In this document: piece after piece, positions 1-9,678 of the stretch | How the letters are laid out: the number at the start of each line of letters is the position of its first letter | Numbering within the stretch: the stretch's first letter is position 1 | Origin: an uncultured Gammaproteobacteria bacterium | Lineage (GTDB): Bacteria > Pseudomonadota > Gammaproteobacteria > CAISUE01 | Assembly (NCBI GenBank): GCA_964471475.1 | Contig: CAYYFQ010000006.1 | Span: forward strand, 75-64,074 | Direction: 5' to 3' | DNA length: 64,000 nucleotides | Translations under genes and position numbers: made by a program | Notes under the pieces: generated by a model | Told to the model about the DNA's origin: nothing | Databases searched by the model: none | The model's input: the letters and a program-made list of their open reading frames with translations, nothing else

Positions 1-104
1 TGTGATACTGGGTAAAGATGAACGGGTTTCTGAGGCATGGAGGCCGAAGTAAAGCCTACAAGGATGTACTTGTAGCGTCCCGTGAAGCTTTACCCAGTGT
101 CACA
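1..104. repeat. Palindromic element (17-bp perfect terminal inverted repeats tgtgatactgggtaaag / ctttacccagtgtcaca) with a nested hairpin; truncated by the window edge
   Basis: Positions 1-17 are the exact reverse complement of 88-104. The inner stem ctacaag/cttgtag is visible. The element may extend upstream of the window. Confidence 0.5.
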
Positions 105-139
105 TGGCTATCCCTCCCTCGAAAAAGTCATTTCCTTGC

Positions 140-160
140 AAAAAATGCTTTGTTATAATT
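140..160 (+). promoter_or_regulatory. Candidate extended -10 promoter (TGtTATAAT) upstream of the UDG-like gene
   Basis: tgttataat at 151-159 sits about 37 nt upstream of the ATG at 196. I found no good -35 element. Confidence 0.3.
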
Positions 161-195
161 CTCGCATCTTCAGGTGTAATGGGTATATCAGCGTG

Positions 196-987
196 ATGAA
201 AACTATATCTCCTTCTTGGTTGATGCCTGCGATTGAACAGCAAGCGCATCTTTCATGGCATGAGATTTTATTTGGTGCTGCAGCTGACTTAGATGCTTCT
301 TATCTTCATTATTTATCTTCTCATTCATGGCTGCCAGGCTCAGATAAAATTTTTTCCGCTTTTTCTATTCCTAAAGACGAAGTGAAATTTATTTTATATG
401 GAGAGTCTCCTTACCCACGTGCGCAGTCGGCGATTGGGTATGCATTTTGGGATGGAGCGGTTAGTGATATTTGGTCAGCAGAAGGATTAAGTAAGGCAGT
501 AAATCGAGCGACATCGTTGCGAAATTTTTTAAAGATGTTGGTCATGGCAGAGACGGGAGTAAAAAAAATCGTCGGCGTGAAAGAGGCACTAGAGTATGGG
601 TGGGTGAGGACCTTAGATGAGTTATTTGCTAATTTTTTAAGGCACGGATTTTTATTGTTGAATTTTAATTTAAGCTTGAGTCAGTTGAGTAAAAAAGAAG
701 AAGCGCGGTATTGGCGTCCGTTTCATGTGAAGCTGCTGGAAGCGGTTGCGAAAGAGTACACCTCTCCCGTTGAACTCATTTTATTTGGAAAAATCGCAGA
801 AAATGTCTTATCCATTCCTGCGGTGAACCATCTTAAAATCTTTCGTGCAGAACATCCTTATAATTTGAGTTTTATTGAAAATACAAAAGTGTTAGATTTT
901 TTTTCCCCATTGCACTTGTTGTCTAATAGGCATGTACACATCAAACCTCGAGTCTTTACCTTTAAGGCTATAAGAGGGAGCGAGTGA
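196..987 (+). CDS. Uracil-DNA glycosylase superfamily protein, divergent UNG-like (GESPYP replaces the GQDPYH motif; HPYNLS replaces HPSPLS)
   Basis: The ORF is collinear with family-1 UNG blocks: SWHEIL, KIFSAFSI..VKFILYGESPYP, AIGYAFW, GFLLLN, ELILFG, HPYNLS. The start was moved to the ATG at 196, which avoids overlap with the palindromic element. Confidence 0.5.
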   Translation: MKTISPSWLMPAIEQQAHLSWHEILFGAAADLDASYLHYLSSHSWLPGSDKIFSAFSIPKDEVKFILYGESPYPRAQSAIGYAFWDGAVSDIWSAEGLSKAVNRATSLRNFLKMLVMAETGVKKIVGVKEALEYGWVRTLDELFANFLRHGFLLLNFNLSLSQLSKKEEARYWRPFHVKLLEAVAKEYTSPVELILFGKIAENVLSIPAVNHLKIFRAEHPYNLSFIENTKVLDFFSPLHLLSNRHVHIKPRVFTFKAIRGSE

Positions 988-1677
988 GGCTAGATAAGGG
1001 GCATGAATAGCCCGCTTTATGACGACGCGTTGTGTGGCTTTTTGCAAAGCCACTACTAATAAATTTTCAGCATTAGTCGTATTAGGATCACATAGCGCTT
1101 GCAAAAGCTGAAGATTTTTTTTCACTTTCGCACGTTTCTCAACTCCTTCAAACATGGGATCTAAATAAATGACTTCTGGCATGAAATTAATTTCAGATAA
1201 AAATTTTACGCTGTTTTGTTTTATCAGAAAAAGACGTTGTTTAATAGTGTGATCTTGGATCTGTGCGAAACCGTCTTCTAATAAATTTGCTACGATGGGG
1301 TTTTGTTCAAGCACATAAACTTTGTGAAATGCGCTCGCTAATAAAAAAGCATCGCGCCCAAAACCCCCAGTGGCATCTACTATCGAAAACTCATGCAAGA
1401 ATTTATTTTTGATGCCGCAAGCACGAATTAAAAGTTCTTTGTGCCAATGGATGAGGCGTTTTTGCATTTCCCGGGTGTTAAAATTTACTTGATAGGGGAG
1501 AGTTGCAATGGAAGGAATCCATAATTTTACATTTTCTTGATCCACCACAAGATAAATTTCATAGTTTTTATCTATGATGTCAACCACCGGCAATTGGAGC
1601 TCATTGGCTAAAGCGTGCGCTTTTTGAATTTTGGGAGGAAAATTGTTAGAATCGTTAATTAAAATCGCACATTTCAT
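892..1677 (-). CDS. rsmJ: 16S rRNA (guanine1516-N2)-methyltransferase RsmJ-like
   Basis: 261-aa ORF. The VDATGGFGRDAFLLA motif is characteristic of the RsmJ/YhiQ methyltransferase family. Its 3' end overlaps the convergent UDG-like ORF by ~95 nt. Confidence 0.7.
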   Translation of the reverse strand: MKCAILINDSNNFPPKIQKAHALANELQLPVVDIIDKNYEIYLVVDQENVKLWIPSIATLPYQVNFNTREMQKRLIHWHKELLIRACGIKNKFLHEFSIVDATGGFGRDAFLLASAFHKVYVLEQNPIVANLLEDGFAQIQDHTIKQRLFLIKQNSVKFLSEINFMPEVIYLDPMFEGVEKRAKVKKNLQLLQALCDPNTTNAENLLVVALQKATQRVVIKRAIHAPYLASLAPSYSLKGKDSRFDVYMPIRQQVQWGKKI

Positions 1678-1688
1678 AAGAGGCTAAC

Positions 1689-2138
1689 ATGAAGTTCATC
1701 GTTCAGTGGGTGTGGATAATGATAGTTGTTTTGGGGTTGGTCTCTTGCAGCAATTCACCAACCTCTGAGGCTCATTATACGCTTGTTAAAGTGGGGAATA
1801 CAGTCGTGCATGCCATCGTTAGTGATACGTCCGAAAAACAAGTGCGAGGTTTATCTTTTACGCCAAAAATGTCGGAAAATGTGGGTATGCTATTTACTTA
1901 TCCTCCTCGTGAAACTGTATTAAAGCACTGGATGAAAGATATGCAATTTCCCTTAGATATTATTTGGATTAATGCCCACCGTGAAATTATTGGCATGCAT
2001 GAAGATGCTCAGCCTTGCAAAGCTATTCCTTGTGCGGTGTATTCTTCCGATAAACCTGCACAATACGTTTTAGAAGTTAATGCCGGTTTTGCAGCCAAGC
2101 ATCACATTAAGCCTGGGATGATTGTTTCATTTGTATGA
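1689..2138 (+). CDS. DUF192 (COG1430) family secreted protein
   Basis: 149-aa protein with an N-terminal signal/lipobox-like segment (LVSCS). DUF192 conserved core: FPLDIIWI..VLEVNAGF. Confidence 0.65.
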   Translation: MKFIVQWVWIMIVVLGLVSCSNSPTSEAHYTLVKVGNTVVHAIVSDTSEKQVRGLSFTPKMSENVGMLFTYPPRETVLKHWMKDMQFPLDIIWINAHREIIGMHEDAQPCKAIPCAVYSSDKPAQYVLEVNAGFAAKHHIKPGMIVSFV

Positions 2139-2797
2139 AAATGGGTAAAAGCACAAAAGACCAAGCAGTAGGAATGACACTAGTTGAAATACTTTTAGCC
2201 CTTGCTTTGATTAGTATGATTGTAGTGGCAGCGCTGCAGGCAACCAATTTATTAAAATATAAACGCCAAGTGGCGCAGTTAGCACAAGCCGTGGATTACA
2301 CGTTGATTCTTATGAATGAATTTTATTACAGTGATACTTTCAACCCCAATCAAACCCCTCCTCAATATAATTGTCGAGATGCCGTTTTAGCAGATGAAAC
2401 AAAAACGACGTTAGCTACTGTCTTGGCGGCTAATGCAAAATATCATTTTTCATCGTTGAATGCGAATCAACTGGCGTTAATAGGATCATTAGGTTTGGCA
2501 ATTAAATATCAAGCCTTGAAGTCTGCGAATGCAGTCGCTCCGACGCCCTATAGTTTTCAAGTGAGTGTGTCGTTGCCCCAATATTCTTTAACGCAAGTTC
2601 AAAATATTCAGGCGCAATTAAATGCTGATCCTACCAGTGTGAATCCTGCAACGATTACTTGGACTCGCTTGCCTAATAATGGAATTAGCAATACCGTTGA
2701 TAATAGTTTATGGGTGGCTTTTATCGCACATCAGCTTGAAATGGATTGGCGTGCAGATCCTACAGGAACCAACACCCCAACTTATTGTCCTATTTAG
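2135..2797 (+). CDS. Type IV pilin-like / pseudopilin protein with a prepilin N-terminal methylation motif
   Basis: The N-terminus KDQAVG|MTLVEILLALALISMIVVA matches the class III leader: G-1, E+5, hydrophobic helix. The start ATGA overlaps the upstream stop. Confidence 0.6.
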   Translation: MKMGKSTKDQAVGMTLVEILLALALISMIVVAALQATNLLKYKRQVAQLAQAVDYTLILMNEFYYSDTFNPNQTPPQYNCRDAVLADETKTTLATVLAANAKYHFSSLNANQLALIGSLGLAIKYQALKSANAVAPTPYSFQVSVSLPQYSLTQVQNIQAQLNADPTSVNPATITWTRLPNNGISNTVDNSLWVAFIAHQLEMDWRADPTGTNTPTYCPI

Positions 2798-2810
2798 TGA
2801 GAGTAGCTTT

Positions 2811-3584
2811 ATGCAAAATTTACAGCAGTTGCAAATGGATTTTCAAAATTTTTTAGAAGGAAAAAATACAATAAATATTGAGCGATGGATTGTCGCCAAA
2901 ACCCCTAAAGAATTAGATAAAAGGCTCGGTATTTATCGTGAAGCTTACCAACTTCGATTGCTTGAAAATTTGCGTAAGCAATTTCCTGTGTTGTTGAATG
3001 CCTTGGGGAAGGCTGCGTTTGAAGTGCTGGGGAAGCAATATATTCAGGCTTATCCTCCCGATCATTTTGCAATTCGTCTTTTTGGGCAATATTTCCCAAT
3101 GTTTTTGAAAGATTGTGGAGAATACCCTGAGTATTTGAGCGAACTCGCTACTTTAGAATGGGCTATGGATGAGGCTTTAGACAATAGCGCTGAACAATCT
3201 ATTTTTACGTTGGAGGATTTACAAGAGATCGGGGAAGAAAAGTTGTTGACTACGCAGTTTTATTTTCAAGATTCATTAAAAGTTTTGTCGCTTGCTTATG
3301 ATATCCCTGCTTTATGGCAAGCAGTTCGTACTTATCATAAATTGCCAAAAAATATTGAGGCAGTTCCTACTTATGTGGCTGTTTGGCGGTATCAATGGCA
3401 ACCTTATTTTTTTGGGATTAGCGAAATGAATTGGAACCTTATTAAATCTGCTCAAAGCGGTAAAAATTTTACTGAACTTTGCACATTAGCTCATCAAAAT
3501 AATGATGAAGCAGAGGCAGCCGCCAAGACAGCAGAAATTGTGATGGGTTGGATTAATAATCATTGGTTAACAAAGCATCCATGA
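2811..3584 (+). CDS. DUF2063 family putative DNA-binding protein (BufC-like)
   Basis: N-terminal blocks MQNLQQLQMDFQNFL, RLGIYREAYQLRLLENLRKQFP and LGKAAFEVL are typical of DUF2063. The ORF-track start at 2679 overlaps the previous gene. The ATG at 2811 is preceded by a gagag RBS. Confidence 0.6.
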   Translation: MQNLQQLQMDFQNFLEGKNTINIERWIVAKTPKELDKRLGIYREAYQLRLLENLRKQFPVLLNALGKAAFEVLGKQYIQAYPPDHFAIRLFGQYFPMFLKDCGEYPEYLSELATLEWAMDEALDNSAEQSIFTLEDLQEIGEEKLLTTQFYFQDSLKVLSLAYDIPALWQAVRTYHKLPKNIEAVPTYVAVWRYQWQPYFFGISEMNWNLIKSAQSGKNFTELCTLAHQNNDEAEAAAKTAEIVMGWINNHWLTKHP

Positions 3585-4759
3585 ATAAAACTTTTCAAAC
3601 TAAACTTATTGCAAAATATGCTCCTAATGCAGCACGCGCAATGCAAGTGAGTACTTCGCATGGGGATTTTACGACACCCGCTTTTATGCCTGTTGGTACA
3701 CGAGCTTTTGTGAATCAGTTAACACCAGACCAACTGAAAGCGATAGGCAGTCAAATTATTTTGGGTGGCAATACGTATCATATGCTCTGTGCCCCGGGGT
3801 TAGAGGTTATTGAAAAAGCGGGGGGTATGCATCACTTTATGGCTTGGCACGGGCCTATGTTGACCGATAGTGGAGGTTTTCAAGTTTTAAGTTTATCGCG
3901 CAATAAAAAAATTTGTAAAATTGATGAAGAAGGCGCGCATTTTAAACATCCGACCACAGGTAAGTTGATTCATTTGAACACAGCTACTTCAATTAATGCG
4001 CAAAAAATTATTGGAGCAGATATCATCATGGCGTTTGATCAATGCACCCCCGAAGCAGGAGGGCGTGAGGCAGCTGTGCAAGCAATGGTACGTACGCATC
4101 GTTGGTTACTTGATGCCAAAGCGATGCATGATAAAAATCCTTTGTCGGCGTACGGGTATTATCAAGCGCTTTTTGGCATCATTCAAGGGGGAAGTTTTGA
4201 AGATCTGCGCGACGAAAGCGCTCAGTTTATTTTAAATTTAGAGTTAGATGGAATTGCCTTAGGTGGGGAAGCGATCGGTTACGATATGCCAAAAACAATG
4301 GAGATCTTAACTTGGTTAAATGATACCTTACCTCAGCACAAAATTCGCTATACCATGGGAGTGGGAATGTGTCCTCAAGATTTACTAGACGTGGTGGCTA
4401 AAGGAGCAGATATTTTTGATTGCGTTGCACCTACACGTAATGCACGGCATGGTGCATTATATTGTGGTCAATTTGTAGAGACCGAAGATCAATGGTTAAA
4501 ATTTGTCAGCGACGAAGCTCGAGGACGCCTTTTGATTAAAAATGCGCGTTATGCAAAAGACGATAACCCGATTATGCCAAATTGTGCTTGCTATACTTGT
4601 CAGAATTTTTCGCGCGCCTATTTACACTTTCTTTTTAAACAAAATTTGCCTTTTTACCCAAATTTAGCCGTCATTCATAATGTGCATGTGATGCAAGAGG
4701 CTTGTCGATTGATGCGAGAAAAAATAGTGGGCAGCGAAAAAGCTGCTGCAAAATGTTAA
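3581..4759 (+). CDS. tgt: Queuine tRNA-ribosyltransferase
   Basis: Strong Tgt motifs: FMPVGT, ILGGNTYH, TDSGGFQ, and a C-terminal Zn-binding CxCxxC...H region. The start ATGA overlaps the upstream stop. Confidence 0.9.
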   Translation: MNKTFQTKLIAKYAPNAARAMQVSTSHGDFTTPAFMPVGTRAFVNQLTPDQLKAIGSQIILGGNTYHMLCAPGLEVIEKAGGMHHFMAWHGPMLTDSGGFQVLSLSRNKKICKIDEEGAHFKHPTTGKLIHLNTATSINAQKIIGADIIMAFDQCTPEAGGREAAVQAMVRTHRWLLDAKAMHDKNPLSAYGYYQALFGIIQGGSFEDLRDESAQFILNLELDGIALGGEAIGYDMPKTMEILTWLNDTLPQHKIRYTMGVGMCPQDLLDVVAKGADIFDCVAPTRNARHGALYCGQFVETEDQWLKFVSDEARGRLLIKNARYAKDDNPIMPNCACYTCQNFSRAYLHFLFKQNLPFYPNLAVIHNVHVMQEACRLMREKIVGSEKAAAKC

Positions 4760-4819
4760 AATATATAATATAATAAGACCAGAGAGTAATTGAACTAGCA
4801 CTGGTTCCAGGATGGTAAT

Positions 4820-6139
4820 ATGCACCCAAGAATAGCCGCCTTATCTGCACGCCTTACCAAATTAAACAATGAAGAAAGTCTTTATGTCGATAATTTTTTG
4901 GAGCTTCTGCAAAAGCTTAAAGAAGAGCATACTCAAACCTTGTTGACCAGCATAGAAAATTTTATTGATGGTTTAAAAAAACTCACTGTAGAATATGCAC
5001 GATTCCAACTGACACAGGAATTAGAAATACTGCTTCGTGAGATGCGTCCTCGCCCTAAGGATGGTATTGTGCTGATGGAAAGGGGAGAAGGGCCAAATTC
5101 TAGCAAATTTTCTATTAGTCTCGACGAAGCTGGTTCTATCCTTCAAGTATCCACTTTACCTGTGATGGTTCGTAATTATCTTCTTGCTCAGCCGGAGTAT
5201 CAGGCTTATTCCGTGACTCATCGAGAGAATAAAAAACTCCGTGATCCTCAAGCACATGACGATTTTTATCTTCAAAGATACATTAATGTTAATTTAAAAG
5301 GAGACCAAGCGGTTGATGCGTGTCTTTTAGAAGCACTTAGGTTAGCTACCACAATACAAATGAATGACAACGTAGCGAAACGTATTGATGAGATCAATCA
5401 AAATCGCTACACGATTCGAAATGCATTGCCAATTGCTGAAAATCTTCAAAAACTATTAGCTTTGTTGCCTTCTGTTTTTAGAGAAGCATTCTTTAAACGC
5501 TTTCCATTGGAAAATGTGATCCTTAATAAAGATAAGAAAGGAGAAAAAATCATAGCAATAGGGAAAATAGTAGAGCGAGGATTGCTTGTTTCCCACTCTT
5601 CTTACCAGATCCATTCCCTACCTTGGGAGCATCTTATTCATGCAGGGAGTACGTTAATAGAAAAGTTTACTGCTTTCAATCGGGTATTAGATAGCTTAAG
5701 ACCCGCGCTCCTTGAGAAAATTCGGCGTTTAATTACCAATATATGGATTAATTATCCAAGAAAATTTCTTATGGAACGGCTACAAAATAAAGAAATTCGC
5801 TCTTATATTATGGGCGAAGTAAGAAATTTAGGAGTTGAGGAAGCACGTGACAACATAGTACAAATATTGTGTGATCCAGCGATGGAAGTGAAGAAAGCGA
5901 TCTTATTATCGTCAACTAATTCTGTAGGCAGTAGTTTAAGTAGTAGTCCTACCGGTAGTCTTCACTCCGTGGTAATGAGGGAGTTGGCTACACCCCAGGT
6001 TCCAAACGAATCTTCTTCAGTACACGTTACTTATCGCAAAGGGTTATACAAATCTCCGAGTGGCGAGGGAAGCGGGGAATCCACACCTCTTCCCCCTACA
6101 AAATTGCCTAAAAAGAAATCACCACGTCCTAGTGTTTGA
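4820..6139 (+). CDS. Hypothetical 439-aa protein with a Ser/Pro-rich basic C-terminal tail; candidate secreted effector
   Basis: Long ORF with no recognisable domain and a low-complexity C-terminus (SSLSSSPTGS...PLPPTKLPKKKSPRPSV). Confidence 0.5.
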   Translation: MHPRIAALSARLTKLNNEESLYVDNFLELLQKLKEEHTQTLLTSIENFIDGLKKLTVEYARFQLTQELEILLREMRPRPKDGIVLMERGEGPNSSKFSISLDEAGSILQVSTLPVMVRNYLLAQPEYQAYSVTHRENKKLRDPQAHDDFYLQRYINVNLKGDQAVDACLLEALRLATTIQMNDNVAKRIDEINQNRYTIRNALPIAENLQKLLALLPSVFREAFFKRFPLENVILNKDKKGEKIIAIGKIVERGLLVSHSSYQIHSLPWEHLIHAGSTLIEKFTAFNRVLDSLRPALLEKIRRLITNIWINYPRKFLMERLQNKEIRSYIMGEVRNLGVEEARDNIVQILCDPAMEVKKAILLSSTNSVGSSLSSSPTGSLHSVVMRELATPQVPNESSSVHVTYRKGLYKSPSGEGSGESTPLPPTKLPKKKSPRPSV

Positions 6140-6169
6140 TAACCAAACACGCCCTAGTTACCTAGTTAC

Positions 6170-7402
6170 CTAGTTTATTCGTTCATAATGATCGGCAATA
6201 TAGTCTACCACCAATGTTTGAAACTCTTCGGCAATATGCTCGCCGCGTAAAGTGGCGGCTTTTTTGCCGTCGATAAATACAGGAGCAATGGGTGCTTCTC
6301 CGCTGCCTGGGAGGCTGATGCCGATGTTGGCCAATTTACTTTCACCAGGCCCATTAACCACGCATCCCATCACGGCGACATGCAAGCTTTCTACTCCTTT
6401 ATATTCTTTATTCCACTCCGGCATTTGCGCATGTAAAAAAGTTTGAATTTTTGAAGCGAGCTCTTGATAATAACTGCTGGTAGTTCTGCCACAACCGGGG
6501 CACGCGCTCACACTTGGCATGAAGCTACGAAATCCAAGGGCTTGTAAAAGTTCTTGGCACAAACGTACTTCGATGGTTCGTTCGCCATTAGGCTCTGGGG
6601 TAAGTGATGCACGGATGGTATCGCCAATCCCTTGATGTAAGAGAATAGCGAGAGCGGCGCTTGTCGCCGTAATGCCTTTTAAACCCATTCCCGCTTCAGT
6701 TAACCCTAAATGTAAAGCATACCGACAACGATTCGCTAGCGCTTGATAAACCAGGATAAGTTCAGGTACTTGGCTCACTTTGCAAGATAACACAATTTTA
6801 TTACTGCTTAACCCCAGGGCTTCTGCGCGTTGTGCGCTTTGTAAAGCGGAGGTGATTAACGCTTCTCGCATAACGGCTGCGGTGGGTAAAGGAGTTTTTA
6901 AAGCAGCGTTTTCATTCATCATGGTAGTGGTTAAATTTTCGTCTACACTTCCCCAATTGACGCCGATACGGACAGGCTTATTAAATCGTAAAGCAGTCTC
7001 AATCATGAGGCTGAATTGACTATCCTTTTTATTGCCAAAACCTACATTTCCTGGGTTAATCCGATATTTGGCAAGTGCTTCAGCACATGCAGGATAAGCG
7101 GTGAGTAAATGATGCCCATTATAATGAAAATCACCTACAATCGGCACATCACAATTATTTTTTAATAACAGGTCACGAATATAAGGAACTTGTTCGGCGG
7201 CTTTTTCAGTATTGACAGTAATGCGTACGATTTCTGAACCGGCGCGCCACAGCGCTTCAATTTGTCGAGCTGTAGCTTTGGCGTCTTCCGTATCGGTATT
7301 GGTCATGGATTGCACCACAATGGGTGCATCTCCACCAATCACAACATGGCCTACGGTCACAGGAATACTTTGACGGCGTAAGGGATTTGCTTCTATACTC
7401 AT
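6170..7402 (-). CDS. ispG: 4-hydroxy-3-methylbut-2-en-1-yl diphosphate synthase (flavodoxin)
   Basis: [15 protein letters not shown], the VRITVN block and C-terminal CPGCGRT cluster-binding cysteines. The start was set at the MSIEANPL methionine by alignment to IspG N-termini. Confidence 0.9.
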   Translation of the reverse strand: MSIEANPLRRQSIPVTVGHVVIGGDAPIVVQSMTNTDTEDAKATARQIEALWRAGSEIVRITVNTEKAAEQVPYIRDLLLKNNCDVPIVGDFHYNGHHLLTAYPACAEALAKYRINPGNVGFGNKKDSQFSLMIETALRFNKPVRIGVNWGSVDENLTTTMMNENAALKTPLPTAAVMREALITSALQSAQRAEALGLSSNKIVLSCKVSQVPELILVYQALANRCRYALHLGLTEAGMGLKGITATSAALAILLHQGIGDTIRASLTPEPNGERTIEVRLCQELLQALGFRSFMPSVSACPGCGRTTSSYYQELASKIQTFLHAQMPEWNKEYKGVESLHVAVMGCVVNGPGESKLANIGISLPGSGEAPIAPVFIDGKKAATLRGEHIAEEFQTLVVDYIADHYERIN

Positions 7403-7432
7403 AGCTTTTAAACGGATTAAAAGAACCATTAT

Positions 7433-8512
7433 ATGACGTTTCAAGAGTTAAAGGCAAAGCGCATTTTATTTACAGGTGGTGGCTCCGCAGGCCATGTGAC
7501 CCCAAATATTGCAGTGATCAAAGCAGCAGAGCAAAAAGGGTGGCACGTTGCCTATGTGGGCACGGCAGATGGAATCGAGCGTCAGTTAATTGAGCCTCTT
7601 CACATTCCTTTTTATGTGATTTCTAGTGGAAAATTGCAGCGTCAGCTCACATTAAAAAATTTGTGGATGCCGTGGCGAGTATTAGCGGGTGTCTATCAAG
7701 CCTATCGGATATGTCGTAAATTTAAGCCCGATGTTGTTTTTTCAAAAGGAGGCTTTGTGGCCGTTCCTTTAGTGATAGCAGCATGGTTAAATGGAGTGCC
7801 TGTGATTGCGCATGAATCAGATTTAACACCAGGGTTAGCCAATAAAATTAGTTACCCTTTTGTTAAAAAAATAGCAGTGAGTTTTCCTGAGAGTATTCAG
7901 CATTTTGCCAAACGTTCAAAAGTGGTATACACAGGGACTCCTGTTCGCCCTGAAGTTTTGCAAAGCAACCCTGAGCGTGGACGTCAGTTTTTGAATTTTG
8001 CCGATGCTACCAAACCTATCATATTCATATATGGGGGAGGACTGGGTTCAGTGGTGATCAATCAAGCGGTGCGGAGAATTTTGCCTGAACTTTTACAAAT
8101 ATGTAATATCGTACATTGTTGTGGACAAGCAAAAACCGATGTGAGCTTTGATAATCTTGCGGGCTATCGTCAATTTGATTATTTAAATAAAGAACTTCCG
8201 GATATATTAGCGGCCGCGGATATGGTTATCTCACGGGCTGGCGCTAATTCGCTTTATGAACTTTTAAGTCTTGCCAAACCGAATCTGTTAATTCCTTTAT
8301 CTAAAAAAGCTTCTCGTGGAGATCAAATTGATAACGCCAAATATTTTCACCGTGAGGGTTTTAGCGAAGTGTTATTTGAAGAGAATTTAACTTCCTCTCA
8401 TTTGCTTGCCGCAATTAAAAGGTTGTGGCAAAACAAAGATCAATATAAAACACGCATGCAGGCGGTTAAATTACCGGATGCGGTGGGGAATTTATTGAAT
8501 TTATTAAATTAA
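7433..8512 (+). CDS. MurG-like UDP-N-acetylglucosamine transferase (glycosyltransferase family 28)
   Basis: 359-aa protein. [15 protein letters not shown]-loop, [15 protein letters not shown], and C-terminal GT-B domain blocks similar to MurG. It is not inside a dcw cluster, so it may be a MurG paralog rather than murG itself. Confidence 0.6.
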   Translation: MTFQELKAKRILFTGGGSAGHVTPNIAVIKAAEQKGWHVAYVGTADGIERQLIEPLHIPFYVISSGKLQRQLTLKNLWMPWRVLAGVYQAYRICRKFKPDVVFSKGGFVAVPLVIAAWLNGVPVIAHESDLTPGLANKISYPFVKKIAVSFPESIQHFAKRSKVVYTGTPVRPEVLQSNPERGRQFLNFADATKPIIFIYGGGLGSVVINQAVRRILPELLQICNIVHCCGQAKTDVSFDNLAGYRQFDYLNKELPDILAAADMVISRAGANSLYELLSLAKPNLLIPLSKKASRGDQIDNAKYFHREGFSEVLFEENLTSSHLLAAIKRLWQNKDQYKTRMQAVKLPDAVGNLLNLLN

Positions 8513-8528
8513 GGGCATATATGCCCTT
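8511..8528. terminator. Perfect 18-bp palindrome (aagggcatatatgccctt) between convergent genes; candidate bidirectional terminator hairpin
   Basis: Seen directly in the sequence. It lies between the stop at 8512 (+ gene) and the stop at 8527 (- gene). Confidence 0.4.
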
Positions 8529-9666
8529 AACTATTCATCAACTGCTGTGCTTGATTCAATGTGACGCGTGATGTGTAATTTTGGCTCAACAAATTGACGG
8601 CAAGCAATAATTGGTTTTGCTCTTCCGATTCATGAATTTGTTGCAATTCATAAAGCATCTCCGCTTCTAAATAGAGTTGCTCGCGTTGCAATTCGGTAGG
8701 GGACGCGGCTTGTAAATGTTGATACCAACCACTGGCAGGATCCAAGCGGCGTGTAGCCATGAATTTTTCAAGTTCACGGGCATTGGTGGGTGCCGCTTTT
8801 GAAGCATCTGGGAAGTTACTGTTAATTTGTTTTAATATATTCGCATCAAAATGATTTAAAGGCTGCGTACGTGCGAAAATATTTTGAAGCGCATAAACGC
8901 CCGCCGTTTGGTTTGCAATGAGCCTGCGTAAGCGCATCATGAAATCACTGGTAGGATTATCAGGAAAAGCTACGGGCGTAAGAGCGCCACTGACTAAAGC
9001 CATGTAAACTTCTGCTGGGTTTTTCGCGTAAGCGCTGAGCACGTTGCTTTTGGATCCGCTTGAATCAGTTTTGCTTGCAGGCACATATTGAAATAAAGAG
9101 GCTGCATTATAGGGGGCGGCAAATTGGTCACTGATCATATAATCAAAAGTAGTGCCATGAGGAGTATTGCCAATAGAGTTGTTGTTAAAGCTTGTCCCGC
9201 TGGTTAAAGGCGCCGGTTGAAAAGCACTGTCGGCTTGCGTTAAATAGGCTGTGATTTGATTATTTGTCAGGTTAAACATCATGCTTCCAATCAAAATTTC
9301 AGTGGGAGTGCGCCCAAAAGCATTCGGTTTCGCTTGAGTAGAGGGCGTCGTCAGAGAATTAGTGATGTAAGGCGTGTCATAGTTTTTTAAATAATCCCCC
9401 GGATTATTAGGGTCGAAGCCCGGTGTTTGCGGCATTTGCATTAAGCCATATCCGGTGACTAAAGGGTAAACGTCGTGGGCACTGATAATACCGTAAGGTG
9501 TCACATCATTCGCTTGCAGATAATTTTGACTATACCCAGCATAAGTATTGCCTCCTCCTTGCGTGCTGGGAGGGGTAGGCGTAGGCGCGACTTGTCCATA
9601 AGCAAGAGGAGATAAACCGATGAGGGTTAATAAACTGCTGATGACGAGAGGATAAAATTTTTTCAT
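8527..9666 (-). CDS. icmX: Secreted protein in the IcmX (DotZ?) position of an icmW-icmX-like operon; IcmX-like
   Basis: Signal peptide MKKFYPLVISSLLTLIGLSPLAYGQ. GGAG RBS 7 nt upstream of the ATG at 9666. It is the last gene of a co-directional IcmW-led operon. The assignment comes from operon position, signal peptide and size, not from sequence alignment. Confidence 0.45.
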   Translation of the reverse strand: MKKFYPLVISSLLTLIGLSPLAYGQVAPTPTPPSTQGGGNTYAGYSQNYLQANDVTPYGIISAHDVYPLVTGYGLMQMPQTPGFDPNNPGDYLKNYDTPYITNSLTTPSTQAKPNAFGRTPTEILIGSMMFNLTNNQITAYLTQADSAFQPAPLTSGTSFNNNSIGNTPHGTTFDYMISDQFAAPYNAASLFQYVPASKTDSSGSKSNVLSAYAKNPAEVYMALVSGALTPVAFPDNPTSDFMMRLRRLIANQTAGVYALQNIFARTQPLNHFDANILKQINSNFPDASKAAPTNARELEKFMATRRLDPASGWYQHLQAASPTELQREQLYLEAEMLYELQQIHESEEQNQLLLAVNLLSQNYTSRVTLNQAQQLMNS

Positions 9667-9678
9667 AAGGGACTCCAC

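Noticed and set aside
82-195. Upstream extension of the UDG-like ORF
   Set aside because: It overlaps the palindromic element and candidate promoter. The UNG-homologous region begins after the ATG at 196.
4760-4819. PmrA-type tandem TTAATATT boxes upstream of candidate effector genes (for example tatataatataataag before 4820)
   Set aside because: These are only partial matches to the consensus with non-canonical spacing. The AT-rich background makes such matches expected.
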